Part shown: positions 10,067 to 19,720 of the stretch, in pieces
How positions within the stretch are numbered: position 1 is the stretch's first letter
Layout of the letters: each line of letters starts with the position of its first letter
Source of the DNA: an uncultured Gemmatimonadales bacterium
Lineage (GTDB): Bacteria > Gemmatimonadota > Gemmatimonadetes > Gemmatimonadales > GWC2-71-9
Length of the DNA: 64,000 nt
Direction: 5' to 3'
NCBI GenBank assembly: GCA_963795085.1
Contig: CAWCFX010000001.1
Location: forward strand, 1,088,001-1,152,000
Notes under the pieces: generated by a model
What the model was told of the DNA's origin: nothing
What the model saw: the letters and a program-made list of their open reading frames with translations, nothing else
Database searches by the model: none
Made by a program: the position numbers and the translations under genes

Positions 10067-10162
10067 GTCTAACAGCGCTTGGAGCGGTCAACCGCGCCGG
10101 GTCACGGGCTGGACGCCACGATATTGTGAGCGCGGTTTGCCTATCACGCGCCTACCTTAGGC
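10067..10162 (+). other. Integron attC site d
   Basis: GTCTAAC-AGCGCTTGGAGCGGTCAACCGCGC...GCGCGGTTTGCC...GCGC..CTTAGGC; near-identical 5' part to site c. Confidence 0.8.
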
Positions 10163-10189
10163 GTCATTGACAGAGGAATCGAGGCCCCT

Positions 10190-10927
10190 GTGACTCTGCG
10201 GCTTATTTCACTTAAGAGTGGAATTCTCCTCGTAACGAGCATTGGCGTGCTCGTCGCCTTCTGGGTCATCTACGGTTACGGACTTATCACAATTCCTTCT
10301 TGGATTTTAGCCGTCGCCCTCTTACTCATCGGATTGTCTCTCGTCTACTTCGCGTTGCGACCCACTTCTGCCCTTAGCTCACCTGTCAGTGTTGCCGCGT
10401 CTCCTGAATCCTCTACAGTCAAGCCGACACCCCCCTACACGCTTACTTACCAGGAATTAATCGATTTGTTCAAGCACTGGGATACAAGAGTATCACATCA
10501 CGGAGAATATCTTTGTACCTACTACGGCAGCGCCTTTAGTTGGCGTACTGGCCGCTTGGGAACATATCCCGACACTTGCTGCCACCGTTGCTGCGTTGGC
10601 TTCGGTAGCCATTTACGTATCGTACTTGCTAACCTTGCGAAGGAGCTCTGTGTTTTTCAAGACAATATTTTCTCTAGCCTTAAGCAACTCCTCACAAACT
10701 TCCCGAGTATAGTTGATGAACCCAAAGGCTGGATTGGGATTGCGCGGCGGCTCCGTGTACTTGGATTGCCGTTCCTGTCTACTATTTGGGCTCTAACTCT
10801 CCTGGCGAAGGTGATCGGTCAAAGCCCCAGGCTAAGTCTCTTGGAACTGCTTGCAGTAGGAGTACCCTTGCTTCCAGCGTTCATTTACACAAGACGCCTT
10901 TGGCTCGACACTCCTAGAGTAAATTAG
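10190..10927 (+). CDS. Multi-pass membrane hypothetical protein (cassette gene)
   Basis: Starts 28 nt after attC d with a GAGG RBS; at least four hydrophobic segments; middle part probably out of frame. Confidence 0.55.
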   Translation: MTLRLISLKSGILLVTSIGVLVAFWVIYGYGLITIPSWILAVALLLIGLSLVYFALRPTSALSSPVSVAASPESSTVKPTPPYTLTYQELIDLFKHWDTRVSHHGEYLCTYYGSAFSWRTGRLGTYPDTCCHRCCVGFGSHLRIVLANLAKELCVFQDNIFSSLKQLLTNFPSIVDEPKGWIGIARRLRVLGLPFLSTIWALTLLAKVIGQSPRLSLLELLAVGVPLLPAFIYTRRLWLDTPRVN

Positions 10928-10980
10928 GCCGACCTCTCATGCCGGCCGGCAATCAAAACCCGCACAGCCCGGAGAACTGT

Positions 10981-11433
10981 ATGACGGCTATCTCTCGTCT
11001 CACACACTATTTGACTATTCTCTTTCTGACGGCCCTTGTCGGGTGTAAGGAAGCGCTACCCCCCACTTACTCTGATGCTGGGATATTAGAGCTACAGCAG
11101 AGAGTTTTGCGGCTCTAGAGCAGAGCGTTGACAGCCTCAAGTCTGAACTTGCTGCCATCCGTACATCAGCTCAGCGTGCGCAGTCGACCGGGGGCACGGA
11201 GTTCCACAGGTGACTGTCAACGCTTTCTCGGCCGCTGGTCACCCCAAGGGGTTGAGATCTCACGCCAAGGCGGACAATACATATGGCGAGACAATGGAAA
11301 TCTGTTTGGCGTAAAGCAGTTCAAGTGCAGCGGCGGCGAACTCGTAGGCTCCGACCTGGCCGGAAACGTTACATTCAACACGGCTACGGGTCAGATCTAC
11401 TTCTTCGGCCGGGAGTTCCAACGCGTACGATAA
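10981..11433 (+). CDS. Hypothetical lipoprotein (frameshifted)
   Basis: GGAG RBS, MTAISRLTHYLTILFLTALVG-C lipobox, coiled-coil linker, then joins the C-terminal half of ORF 11128-11433. Confidence 0.55.
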
Positions 11434-11927
11434 TGCCGGTTTCCTTTACCGATCTCGACAAACCGAGATTATAATTGACCGGCGACGCTGAGGAGAAAGC
11501 GATGATCAATTTCCCTACATCTACCTCGCGGTGCAGAGCTACAACCGGGGGGCTAGGGGCAAGCGCTGGAGACATAGCAGCATAAGGTTATTTCGCATCG
11601 TTTCTGGCGGGAAGATCTTGGGAAGGAGTGCCCGAGGAACAGGTGCAAATGGACAGGAACAACCGGGAAGGTCAAGATAGCAAAAACCGCTTAAATGCCA
11701 CGAGGTGAAGCGCTTCGAAACTGAATGCAAAGATTAGAAGAGAACTGCAAAACATCCACCCATCGATGTGTGCTCTCGAGTGTGCCTCTGACGAAACTAG
11801 TTGAGAAACTACTGCTTCCAAAAGGACAGGCATCCGGGGAACCGGTAGAGAGCTATCTCGGCTCCATAAGGTCACTCTGAACAATTAGAGAACCATTTAA
11901 GACCAATAGCGTTCAGATTACCATTCG

Positions 11928-11972
11928 GGACTCATAATCCGTAGGTCGTGGGTTCAAGTCCCACAGGGCCCA
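11928..11972 (+). repeat. 3' half of tRNA-Ile2(CAT), att-site direct repeat; not a complete tRNA
   Basis: GGA-CTCATAA-TCCG TAGGTC GTGGG-TTCAAGT-CCCAC AGGGCCC-A gives anticodon loop, T arm and 3' acceptor strand; no D arm or 5' acceptor strand upstream. Confidence 0.85.
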
Positions 11973-12005
11973 TGGCACTTAAGGAATTGAAGGAATTACG
12001 TTCCC

Positions 12006-13486
12006 TCACTCTCGCCCGCGTCGCCCCATCCTGACCCGCACGATCTGCCCGCCTTCCGTCGCCCGGTGGCGGCCAGGCTCCACCGGCCCATGGCGATCCA
12101 CCTCCCCCGACGGCCACTCGACGACCACCGATCCACCCGCTCTCACCCAGCCCGAAGTGAATCACCGGATCGTTGCTCCCCGCGTAGCCGGTGCTGGCCT
12201 CGAGCCAGCGGTGCTGCCAGCGGCCTACCGAGCCGCGGCTGGTCCGGACCGAGACCCGGGCCCCGATGCCGCGGCGGTTGGAACGGGTCCCCCGTAGCTC
12301 GAGCACCAGCCAGCCTGCCGCCGGGGTGGGATCGGCCGCGGAATTCCGGTAGAGCCGGCTGGGTGAGCCCGGGCTGCCCCAGTTGGACACGAACAGATCG
12401 CAGTCCTGATCCCGCGTCCAGGTCTCCCCAGGCAATTCCGGCAGAGGTGTCGGCCGATTCCGACGGAATCCGGTTCCATCCCTCCCCGCGTCTCAGGTAC
12501 AGCTGGTTGTATTGGTCCGGCGCCGGTGTGCCACTGCCGAGGTAGAGATCGAGGTTCCCGTCCAGGTCGTAGTCTCCCCAGGCATGCCCCTTGGAGGCCG
12601 CGCTCGCCAACAGCGGACCCCACGAAGAAAGTTCCCAGCGGCCATCGCCCACGTTCCGGTAGAGGACGTTGTCGCGGTTGAAGTTGGCGATGAACAGATC
12701 GAGCCTGCGATCCTGGTCCGCGTCGGCCCACGACACACCGTAGGAATAGGCGCTGTCGCGCTGCAGCCCGGGCAGGTCACCCGAGGTGAAGCGAAAGCCT
12801 GCCCTGGTTCAGGAGCAGCAGGTCGGGCCGCTGGGCGACGGCCACCGCCAGGTCGGGCAGGCCGTCGCCATCGGGATCGCCGAACGCGCAGGCTCGGCCA
12901 TCGCCCTCCCCGCGCGCCCCGGCCGGCAACGCCACCTCGGCGAACCTGCCGGCATTATTGCGGAAGAGCTGGTTGCGCCCGGTACGATAGCCAACCAGGA
13001 AGACGTCCAGGTCGCCGTCCCGGTCCACATCGGCCCAGCAGGCCATGGAGGCGCTCATGGAGTCCGGCGCGATCGGAGTGCCGAAGACCCGGGTCAGGCG
13101 GCCGGCGTCGTTCTGAAAGAGCAGGCCCTGGCTGCCGCTCCGCCCCACCACGTGGAGGTCCAGGTCGCCGTCCCCGTCGAAGTCCACGAACACCGCACCT
13201 TCGGAGTCTCCCCCATCGATCGAGGCGGGACTCTCCGGGTGCCGGCGCAAGACGCCACCATCATTGATATAGAGGGTGTTGCGGAAGCCGCGACTGCGGG
13301 TGACGTACAACTCCGGGTAGCCATCGCCGTCCAGGTCGCCCCAGGCGACCCCGCGGGTGGGCCCGCTATCGGCGGCAGCGGTCCAGGCGACGGGGCTCAG
13401 CAGCGCCGGCTGCTGTGCGGCCAGCGGCGGCGGGCTGCGGCCAGGCCGATGCCGGCGGCGCCGAGCAGGGCGGCCCGGCGAAACAT
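12006..13486 (-). CDS. CRTAC1-family FG-GAP repeat protein with C-terminal ASPIC/UnbV domain (frameshifted)
   Basis: Repeated W(G/A)DxDGDGDLDL motifs in ORFs 12777-13310 and 12143-12736; LRGTRSNRRGIGARV...HFGLG in ORF 11932-12435. Confidence 0.85.
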
Positions 13487-13514
13487 CGCTTCGCCCGCTG
13501 TTCCGGTGGGCGGG

Positions 13515-14918
13515 CTATGGCGCGGCTGCGCGGGGGGCCGGCACCGGCACCGCGATGCCCCGGACCGACCCGATCCGGTCCACCGTCCAGCCCCGGGCCT
13601 TGAGCCTCGCCTGGAGGAAATCGAGAGGCATGCCCCCGGCGGCCGACGACGAGTAGGCCCAGCGAAGGGAAGGTACGTAGATGAAGAGGGAGCCCTGCGC
13701 GTCGGGATAGTCAATCGGTTCCAGCCAGAGCGAGTCGCCCCCCACTCTCAGCCAGGCGCCCCGGACGACCCCGCGCGCGGCTGTCGCCGGCTGGCCGTGG
13801 TTGCGCAGAATCAGGCCGGCGGAGGGGAGCGCCCCGCGGGCGACGTGCAGCGGCACCTGGCGCCGGGTCAACCAGGCGAGGCCCCCGTTTCCGCCGGACG
13901 GGCTGGTGACGATGGCGCCCGCCAGTGGGCCAGTGCCGGTTTCCTCGAGCCAGCGCACCGCCCGTTCGGTGATGAGCGGCGCCTGGCCTCCCTCCAGCAA
14001 CAGCCACCGGTTGCCCACCCGGACCGCGCCCACCGGAGTGCCGAAGGCGCCGAAGGTTGCGAACGAGCCTTCAATGATCTTCGCCGAGTCCACCGGGAGG
14101 TCGTACATCGGCTGGGTGGCGGTGGCCAGGTACGCGGCGCGCAGCGAATCGCTCACGGCGAAGGAATCGGCGGTCGCGACGGTATCGAAGGCTATCGAGA
14201 GCACGGTGATGCGCTTGTAGGGACGCCCCACCCGCCGGATATCCAGCTGGGTCGGCATGGTCACACCCACCGGCATCTTGCTCCACTTGGAATACCAGAC
14301 CTCGACTTCCATTTCTCCCCAGGGCGCCAGGCCGAAATCGTTCACCTGCGCGGCCCGGTACCGCGCCATGGCCGGCATGCCGTCCGTTTGCCGGAAGAAG
14401 ATGGTGGCGGGGAACCGGTCAATGGTGGCGCTGACCCGGGCGTGGCGAATGCCCCCGATGGTGGTATCCGCCCCGCTCCGAAGATCGGGGGCGCTCCTCG
14501 CCTGCGGCAGCAGACGCTCGGCGGCGAACGCGAACAACTCCCGGCGCTCGTCCAGGTACGCGATGTTGAGCGGGGCCCAGGTGCCGTTCATGCGCCGGAT
14601 GGCCACGCTGTCCCGGACGATGTCCGTGAACTCGCGCCAGGTGGCACCGGCCCCGGCGAACCGGCGGGTGTTTCTCCAGGCGGGGATGGAATAGTCCCGG
14701 ACATCGGTATGCCATTCGTAGGAGGGCAGGTCGGTGTAGGGCCGCTCCTCGAACGACGTGCGCTGCCACTGGGTCATCATGTCCATGCGGACCCGGACCA
14801 CCCGTTCCAGCGCGGATCGTCCGCCCATCCGCGCGAGGGCGGTATCCACCGTGCTGACGGCGGCGGGGTCGGGAGCCTGGAAGGCCAGCAGCCCCGCTAT
14901 CAATAGAGTTGAAGACAT
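13515..14918 (-). CDS. Secreted hypothetical protein with degenerate MBL-like C-terminal domain
   Basis: Signal peptide; ALARMGG N-terminal motif; host-like codon usage; no HxHxDH motif. Confidence 0.7.
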   Translation of the reverse strand: MSSTLLIAGLLAFQAPDPAAVSTVDTALARMGGRSALERVVRVRMDMMTQWQRTSFEERPYTDLPSYEWHTDVRDYSIPAWRNTRRFAGAGATWREFTDIVRDSVAIRRMNGTWAPLNIAYLDERRELFAFAAERLLPQARSAPDLRSGADTTIGGIRHARVSATIDRFPATIFFRQTDGMPAMARYRAAQVNDFGLAPWGEMEVEVWYSKWSKMPVGVTMPTQLDIRRVGRPYKRITVLSIAFDTVATADSFAVSDSLRAAYLATATQPMYDLPVDSAKIIEGSFATFGAFGTPVGAVRVGNRWLLLEGGQAPLITERAVRWLEETGTGPLAGAIVTSPSGGNGGLAWLTRRQVPLHVARGALPSAGLILRNHGQPATAARGVVRGAWLRVGGDSLWLEPIDYPDAQGSLFIYVPSLRWAYSSSAAGGMPLDFLQARLKARGWTVDRIGSVRGIAVPVPAPRAAAP

Positions 14919-15229
14919 GGGGATTCTAACGCGATGATCCAGGACTGGGTTTCAGTCTGGGCTGATTGCAGGCGGGCGTCCACCATCAACTGAGGCCGAG
15001 CCTCCACACCTGGGGCGGCGATGCCTCAAAGCCGTCCGGTTGGTATGGGGGACACCCAGATCGGACGGTGCAGGGGGGCCTGAGCATGGGACGGCCTAAC
15101 CCTATCTGAATCCCGCTGTTGCGGTACGCGGCGAGTTCAAACTGTGGCGCGGGACCCGCGGCACGCCGGATGCCAACATGAGGATCAGAATCCCGGCAAC
15201 CTGACATCCCGGTGGACCCTGGAGGCCCA

Positions 15230-17899
15230 GTGGTGCGGCTTCGTGCAACAGTTGGTTTGGCCCTGTTCCTGGTGGCGTGTGGGGGTGACAGCACCGGACC
15301 CTCTGGCGGACGCGCCGCGGTTTCCCTGGTCCTGGTGTCCCCTGGCGCGAGTTCGATGCTGGTCGGCGCCACCGAGCAGCTCACGGCCACCATCACCGAT
15401 ATCCAGGCCAAGCCGCTTACCGGCCGCCCGCTGGTCTGGCGCAGCAGCGACAATGCCAGGGCCGCGGTGAACGCCCAGGGCCTGGTCACGGCGCTGTCCA
15501 CCGGCCCGGTGACCATCACCGCCACCAGCGAGGGAAAGACGGGAACCTCCACGATCGAGATCCTCCCGCTTCCGATCGCCTCCATCTCCGTCGTGCCGGG
15601 TACCGCCACCCTGGGGCTCGGCACCACCTCGCAACTGAGCGCGGTGCCCCAGGACTCACTGGGCCGCCCGCTGGCCGGACGGGTGGTGACCTGGTCGAGC
15701 AACAATACCGCGGTGAGTGTCGCGCCCACCGGAATGGTCAGCGCAGCAGGCTTGGGGACGGCCATGATCACCGCGACCAGCGAGGGCAAGAGCGGGACGG
15801 CGGCCATCACGGTCACCCCCATCCCGGTGGCCTCGGTGACGGTTGCGCCGGCCATGCCCACCGTCGCCGTCGCGGCCTCCACCCCGCTCACCGCCACGGC
15901 GCGGGATGCCAACGGCAATGTATTGCCCGACCGAGTGATCTTCTGGAGCAGCGCCGACACGACGCGGGCCCGGGTCAGCGCGACTGGCGTTGTCACCGGT
16001 GTCCTCAAGGGAACCACGATCATCACGGCCACCAGCGAAGGCCACAGCGGGAGCGCCACGGTCACCATCGTGCCGGGCGCGCCGGCCTCGGTGACGATCG
16101 CGCCGGCCCCGCTCACCCTGGAAGCGGGCGATACTGCCCGTCTGACCGCGGTGGTGCGGGATGCCTCGGGCGACAGCATCACGGCGGCCGTCACCTGGAG
16201 CAGCGGGAGTACGAGCCTGGCCACCGTCAACGGAACCGGCCTGGTCACCGGGGTGGCCGAGGGCACCGTCATCGTCACCGCTACCAGCGGGACGGCCTCG
16301 GGCACCGACACGGTGTACGTGACGCCGGCGCCGGTGACCAGCGTGACCATGAACTCCGGCGGTACCCACCTGGGCGTGGGCGGGACTTTACAGCTCTACG
16401 CCACGCCACGCGGCGCCCAGGGCCAGGCCCTGAGCCAGCGGGAGATCACCTGGTCGAGTTCCGACAGCGGCGTGGCAACGGTCTCCTCCAGCGGCCTGGT
16501 CACCGGCGTCAGCATCGGCGACGCGACCATTACGGCGACCTGCGAGGGCCAGTCGGCCTCCACCGCCGTCGTGGTGGAGTATGAGTCGGTCGCGAGTGTC
16601 AGCCTGGACCCGCCGTCCGCGGCGGTCGGGGCGGGACTCGGCGCACAGTTCACGGTGTACGTCATCGGAAGCAGCGGCGACACCCTCGTCAACCGGGTGG
16701 TGACCTGGAGTAGCTCGGCCCCGGGAGTGGCCACGGTGAACGCTAACGGCCTGGTCGTCGGGGTCGTGGCGGGCACGGCGACGATCACGGCCACCTCGGA
16801 AGGCGTGAGCGGAACCGCGGACGTCACGGTCCAGGTGCACCTCGCCTTCCCGGCGCTCGATGGCGGATACTCGCATACCTGCTCGCTGACGGCGAATGGG
16901 GTGACGTACTGCTGGGGATCCAACACGGCCGGTGAACTGGGGAACGGCGCGGTCAATACCGGCAGCGCGGTCCCCGTCCTGGTCAGTGGCGGCCAGAGTT
17001 TCGCCAGCCTGTACCCCGGGGGGCGGCATACCTGCGCCCTCACGGCGGCCGGATCCGCCTGGTGCTGGGGCGGGAACGCCCGGGGCCAACTGGGGACCGG
17101 CGATACCACCGGGTCGGCGCGGCCCCGGGCCGTAGTGGGCGGGCTGGTGTTTACCCAGCTGACCGGCGGCTTCTCCCATGCCTGCGGTCTCGCCGCCAGT
17201 GGCGCCGCGTACTGCTGGGGCAGCAACACCCAGGGCGAACTGGGCAACGGGACCGCGACCCAGCGGGTGATGCCTACCCCGGTGGTGGGCGGGCACCAGT
17301 TCGTGGAGCTGAGCGCCCGGGGCGCTCACAGCTGCGGCCTGACCTCCGGCGGCGCGGTCTATTGCTGGGGCAAGAATGCCGACGGCGAACTGGGCGACGG
17401 CACCACGACGAACCGCACGGTACCCGTGCTGGTGAGCGGCGGCAACGCGTTCTCCTCGATCACCACCGGAGCGGGGCATACCTGCGCCATCACCGGTGGA
17501 GGCGCCGCCTACTGCTGGGGGGATAACTCGCTGGGCGAGATCGGGGACGGCACCCTGACCGACCGGCTGGCGCCGGTCGCCGTTGCCGGGGGCATCGCGT
17601 TCCAGCAGATCAAGGCGCGTGGCGGCCATACCTGCGGCATCGCCACGGCCGGTCCCACTTACTGCTGGGGCGAGAATACCAGCGGGCAACTGGGTGATGG
17701 CACCATGACCATGCGGACCGTCCCGGTCGTGGTCCAGGGCGGCCATAGCTTCACCGATGTCTCCAGCGGAGCGACCTTCAGTTGCGGGGTCACCGGCTCG
17801 CCGGTGCTGTATTGCTGGGGCGAGAACGGCGATGGCCAGCTGGGGAATGGCTCCTTTGCCAACAGCACGGTGCCGGTGAAGGTACTGGGACAGCCCTAG
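15230..17899 (+). CDS. Surface lipoprotein: six Big_2 Ig-like domains plus 7-blade RCC1 propeller
   Basis: Lipobox LVAC; six VTWSSS...GLVTG...ITATSEG-like repeats; seven HxC...(Y/W)CWGxNxxG(E/Q)(L/I)G-type repeats. Confidence 0.92.
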   Translation: MVRLRATVGLALFLVACGGDSTGPSGGRAAVSLVLVSPGASSMLVGATEQLTATITDIQAKPLTGRPLVWRSSDNARAAVNAQGLVTALSTGPVTITATSEGKTGTSTIEILPLPIASISVVPGTATLGLGTTSQLSAVPQDSLGRPLAGRVVTWSSNNTAVSVAPTGMVSAAGLGTAMITATSEGKSGTAAITVTPIPVASVTVAPAMPTVAVAASTPLTATARDANGNVLPDRVIFWSSADTTRARVSATGVVTGVLKGTTIITATSEGHSGSATVTIVPGAPASVTIAPAPLTLEAGDTARLTAVVRDASGDSITAAVTWSSGSTSLATVNGTGLVTGVAEGTVIVTATSGTASGTDTVYVTPAPVTSVTMNSGGTHLGVGGTLQLYATPRGAQGQALSQREITWSSSDSGVATVSSSGLVTGVSIGDATITATCEGQSASTAVVVEYESVASVSLDPPSAAVGAGLGAQFTVYVIGSSGDTLVNRVVTWSSSAPGVATVNANGLVVGVVAGTATITATSEGVSGTADVTVQVHLAFPALDGGYSHTCSLTANGVTYCWGSNTAGELGNGAVNTGSAVPVLVSGGQSFASLYPGGRHTCALTAAGSAWCWGGNARGQLGTGDTTGSARPRAVVGGLVFTQLTGGFSHACGLAASGAAYCWGSNTQGELGNGTATQRVMPTPVVGGHQFVELSARGAHSCGLTSGGAVYCWGKNADGELGDGTTTNRTVPVLVSGGNAFSSITTGAGHTCAITGGGAAYCWGDNSLGEIGDGTLTDRLAPVAVAGGIAFQQIKARGGHTCGIATAGPTYCWGENTSGQLGDGTMTMRTVPVVVQGGHSFTDVSSGATFSCGVTGSPVLYCWGENGDGQLGNGSFANSTVPVKVLGQP

Positions 17900-17999
17900 C
17901 GGGCGGTCCCCCCCTCGCTGCTCAACGGAAAACCCGCCGGGGATTTCGCCGCGGCGGGCGGCCGGGAGGTCTTCCCGCCCGGTCCGCCGGTCTCCACCC

Positions 18000-19103
18000 C
18001 TACTGACGCACCGCCTGCCCGGCGCAGAGTCCGCCGCTTCCCTGGCTCGGTCCCTCAAGAAAAACGTAGTAGGAAATCTGGGAGAACCGGTCGCCGCCGG
18101 CACTCAGGGTCCAGCTGAAATCTTCCCGGTACGTGGATCCCGGCGCGCCTCCGATGAAGAACCCACGAAGGACGTGGGGGTTGCCGGGTACGCCGGCGGC
18201 CTGGTAGGTCGCGAGGTCTCCCGACGCGGGAGGATCTTCGTCCAAGATGTCGATGGTGTTGCCGCCGGCGACCGCCAGGGTAAGAGTGGCCTGGCCAAAC
18301 TCGGGAGGCAGGCAGGCCCAGTCCTGGAGAAACACCCCAGCCCAGTCGCTGAGCACGCCATTGGCGCCGCAGGGAATCGTGACGTTTGAACTGGGCAACG
18401 TGGTCGCGGCGCCGTCCGGGTCGGTATATCGCACGGCGGTCACTGATGCAGTTGCCCGGGTGAACAGGAAGCTCCAGAGTGATGCGAGGGTTCCGTTCGG
18501 GCCAGTCACCTCGACTTGGGCATTTCCGTTGAGACTGTAGGCGCACGCGTTCGCGACCGAGTTGCCGGCTCCGGTCGCGGCTTTCATGAGCAGCGGCTGG
18601 CCCGGATCGACGCTGACGGTGGTGGTATTGCCGGTGACCATCTCGGTAAATACCCCGGACCCCGATATCTCCCGGCCCGCGGCCGTCAACTGGAAGTCCA
18701 TCGAGCCGGCGAAAGCGCCAAGCCCCCCCGGGATCCCCATGGTGAAATCGAGATGGCCCCCGAAACCGATACCCGCCAGGGCCGGGTCTCCATTGAAGGC
18801 GGCCGAACCACCGATCGTGATCTCTGGCGTCCCGTCGCCATCGCCGTCCAGCGGAATGGAAAAGGTGTAGGTATGGGGAGCGACATCAGGCTGGAACACA
18901 ATGCCTCCGGCTCCGGCCGAGGCCGGATTCAGCAGGAAGGGCAACCGGCCCTCGAATCCGCCGAGTCGCGGGATCACGACCCGAATGCCGGCCTTTTCGT
19001 AAGACTCGAGTTGAAGAGCGGCGGGCGGGACCGGATCCGAGGATTCACTGCTGGCACAGGCGGAGAGGAGCAACAACAGGGTAACGCAGGGTAGCCCTCG
19101 CAT
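18000..19103 (-). CDS. Hypothetical lipoprotein
   Basis: GGAGG RBS; MRGLPCVTLLLLLSA-C lipobox; beta-rich sequence. Confidence 0.75.
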   Translation of the reverse strand: MRGLPCVTLLLLLSACASSESSDPVPPAALQLESYEKAGIRVVIPRLGGFEGRLPFLLNPASAGAGGIVFQPDVAPHTYTFSIPLDGDGDGTPEITIGGSAAFNGDPALAGIGFGGHLDFTMGIPGGLGAFAGSMDFQLTAAGREISGSGVFTEMVTGNTTTVSVDPGQPLLMKAATGAGNSVANACAYSLNGNAQVEVTGPNGTLASLWSFLFTRATASVTAVRYTDPDGAATTLPSSNVTIPCGANGVLSDWAGVFLQDWACLPPEFGQATLTLAVAGGNTIDILDEDPPASGDLATYQAAGVPGNPHVLRGFFIGGAPGSTYREDFSWTLSAGGDRFSQISYYVFLEGPSQGSGGLCAGQAVRQ

Positions 19104-19281
19104 TGGGTCCCTCCTTTTTGCCCATCGGGGTCTGTCTGGTGTGCCGGACAATGTAGCGGTCGGTCCCGCTTCTGGCCTCCCCCCGGGCCGGTGGACTCGG
19201 CCAGCCGTAGGCGGAGCCGTCCCGGCGGCTTATTATGGAGATGACGCCGCGGCCCGGCGTTCTCTCCCACAGGCGCGCACC

Positions 19282-19632
19282 ATGAAAAAACTCATCTGGC
19301 TGGCCCTGTTCGCCGGGGCGGCGTACGTCGGTTACCTGGCCTACAAGGAAAAGCCCGGTGAGGGTCCCAAGGCTCGGCAGGGCAAGGCGGCGGTGCAGCC
19401 GGTCGTCAACGCCCTGGAGTCCTACCGGCAGGCGCACAACACCTATCCCGCCGACCTGGAAGACCTGGCCGGGGAGGGAGGCGGGCTGCCCGGCCAGGTG
19501 CTGGGCCATCCCCTGCGCTACGAGCGCCACGGCGCCACCTATGATCTCACCTTCTCCTACGCCACGCCGCTCCCCGTGCACTGTACCTACAGCCCGGAGA
19601 CCCGCTGGAAGTGCGGGTTCCTCCGAGGGTAA
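19282..19632 (+). CDS. Small membrane-anchored protein with T2SS GspG/pseudopilin-like segment
   Basis: MKKLIWLALFAGAAYVGYL anchor; ALESYRQAHNTYPADLEDL resembles the GspG helix-YP motif. Confidence 0.65.
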   Translation: MKKLIWLALFAGAAYVGYLAYKEKPGEGPKARQGKAAVQPVVNALESYRQAHNTYPADLEDLAGEGGGLPGQVLGHPLRYERHGATYDLTFSYATPLPVHCTYSPETRWKCGFLRG

Positions 19633-19720
19633 CCCACCGCCCCAGCGCTAAAGTCGGGGCGGCTCCGGTCGAGATTATGAGTGGCAGTGGTGCCTTCTCT
19701 CGACCCTGAACAGCCAACCC

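Larger units (their letters stand above)
1..11972. mobile_element. Genomic island integrated at tRNA-Ile2(CAT); left end lies outside the window
   Basis: Integrase at 164-1285, tRNA 3'-half at 11928-11972, lower GC and atypical codon usage that revert to high GC just after ~12,000; cargo of IS3, cassettes and orphan genes. Confidence 0.8.

Noticed and set aside
11928..11972. Functional tRNA-Met/Ile gene
   Set aside because: The 5' acceptor strand and D arm are absent.
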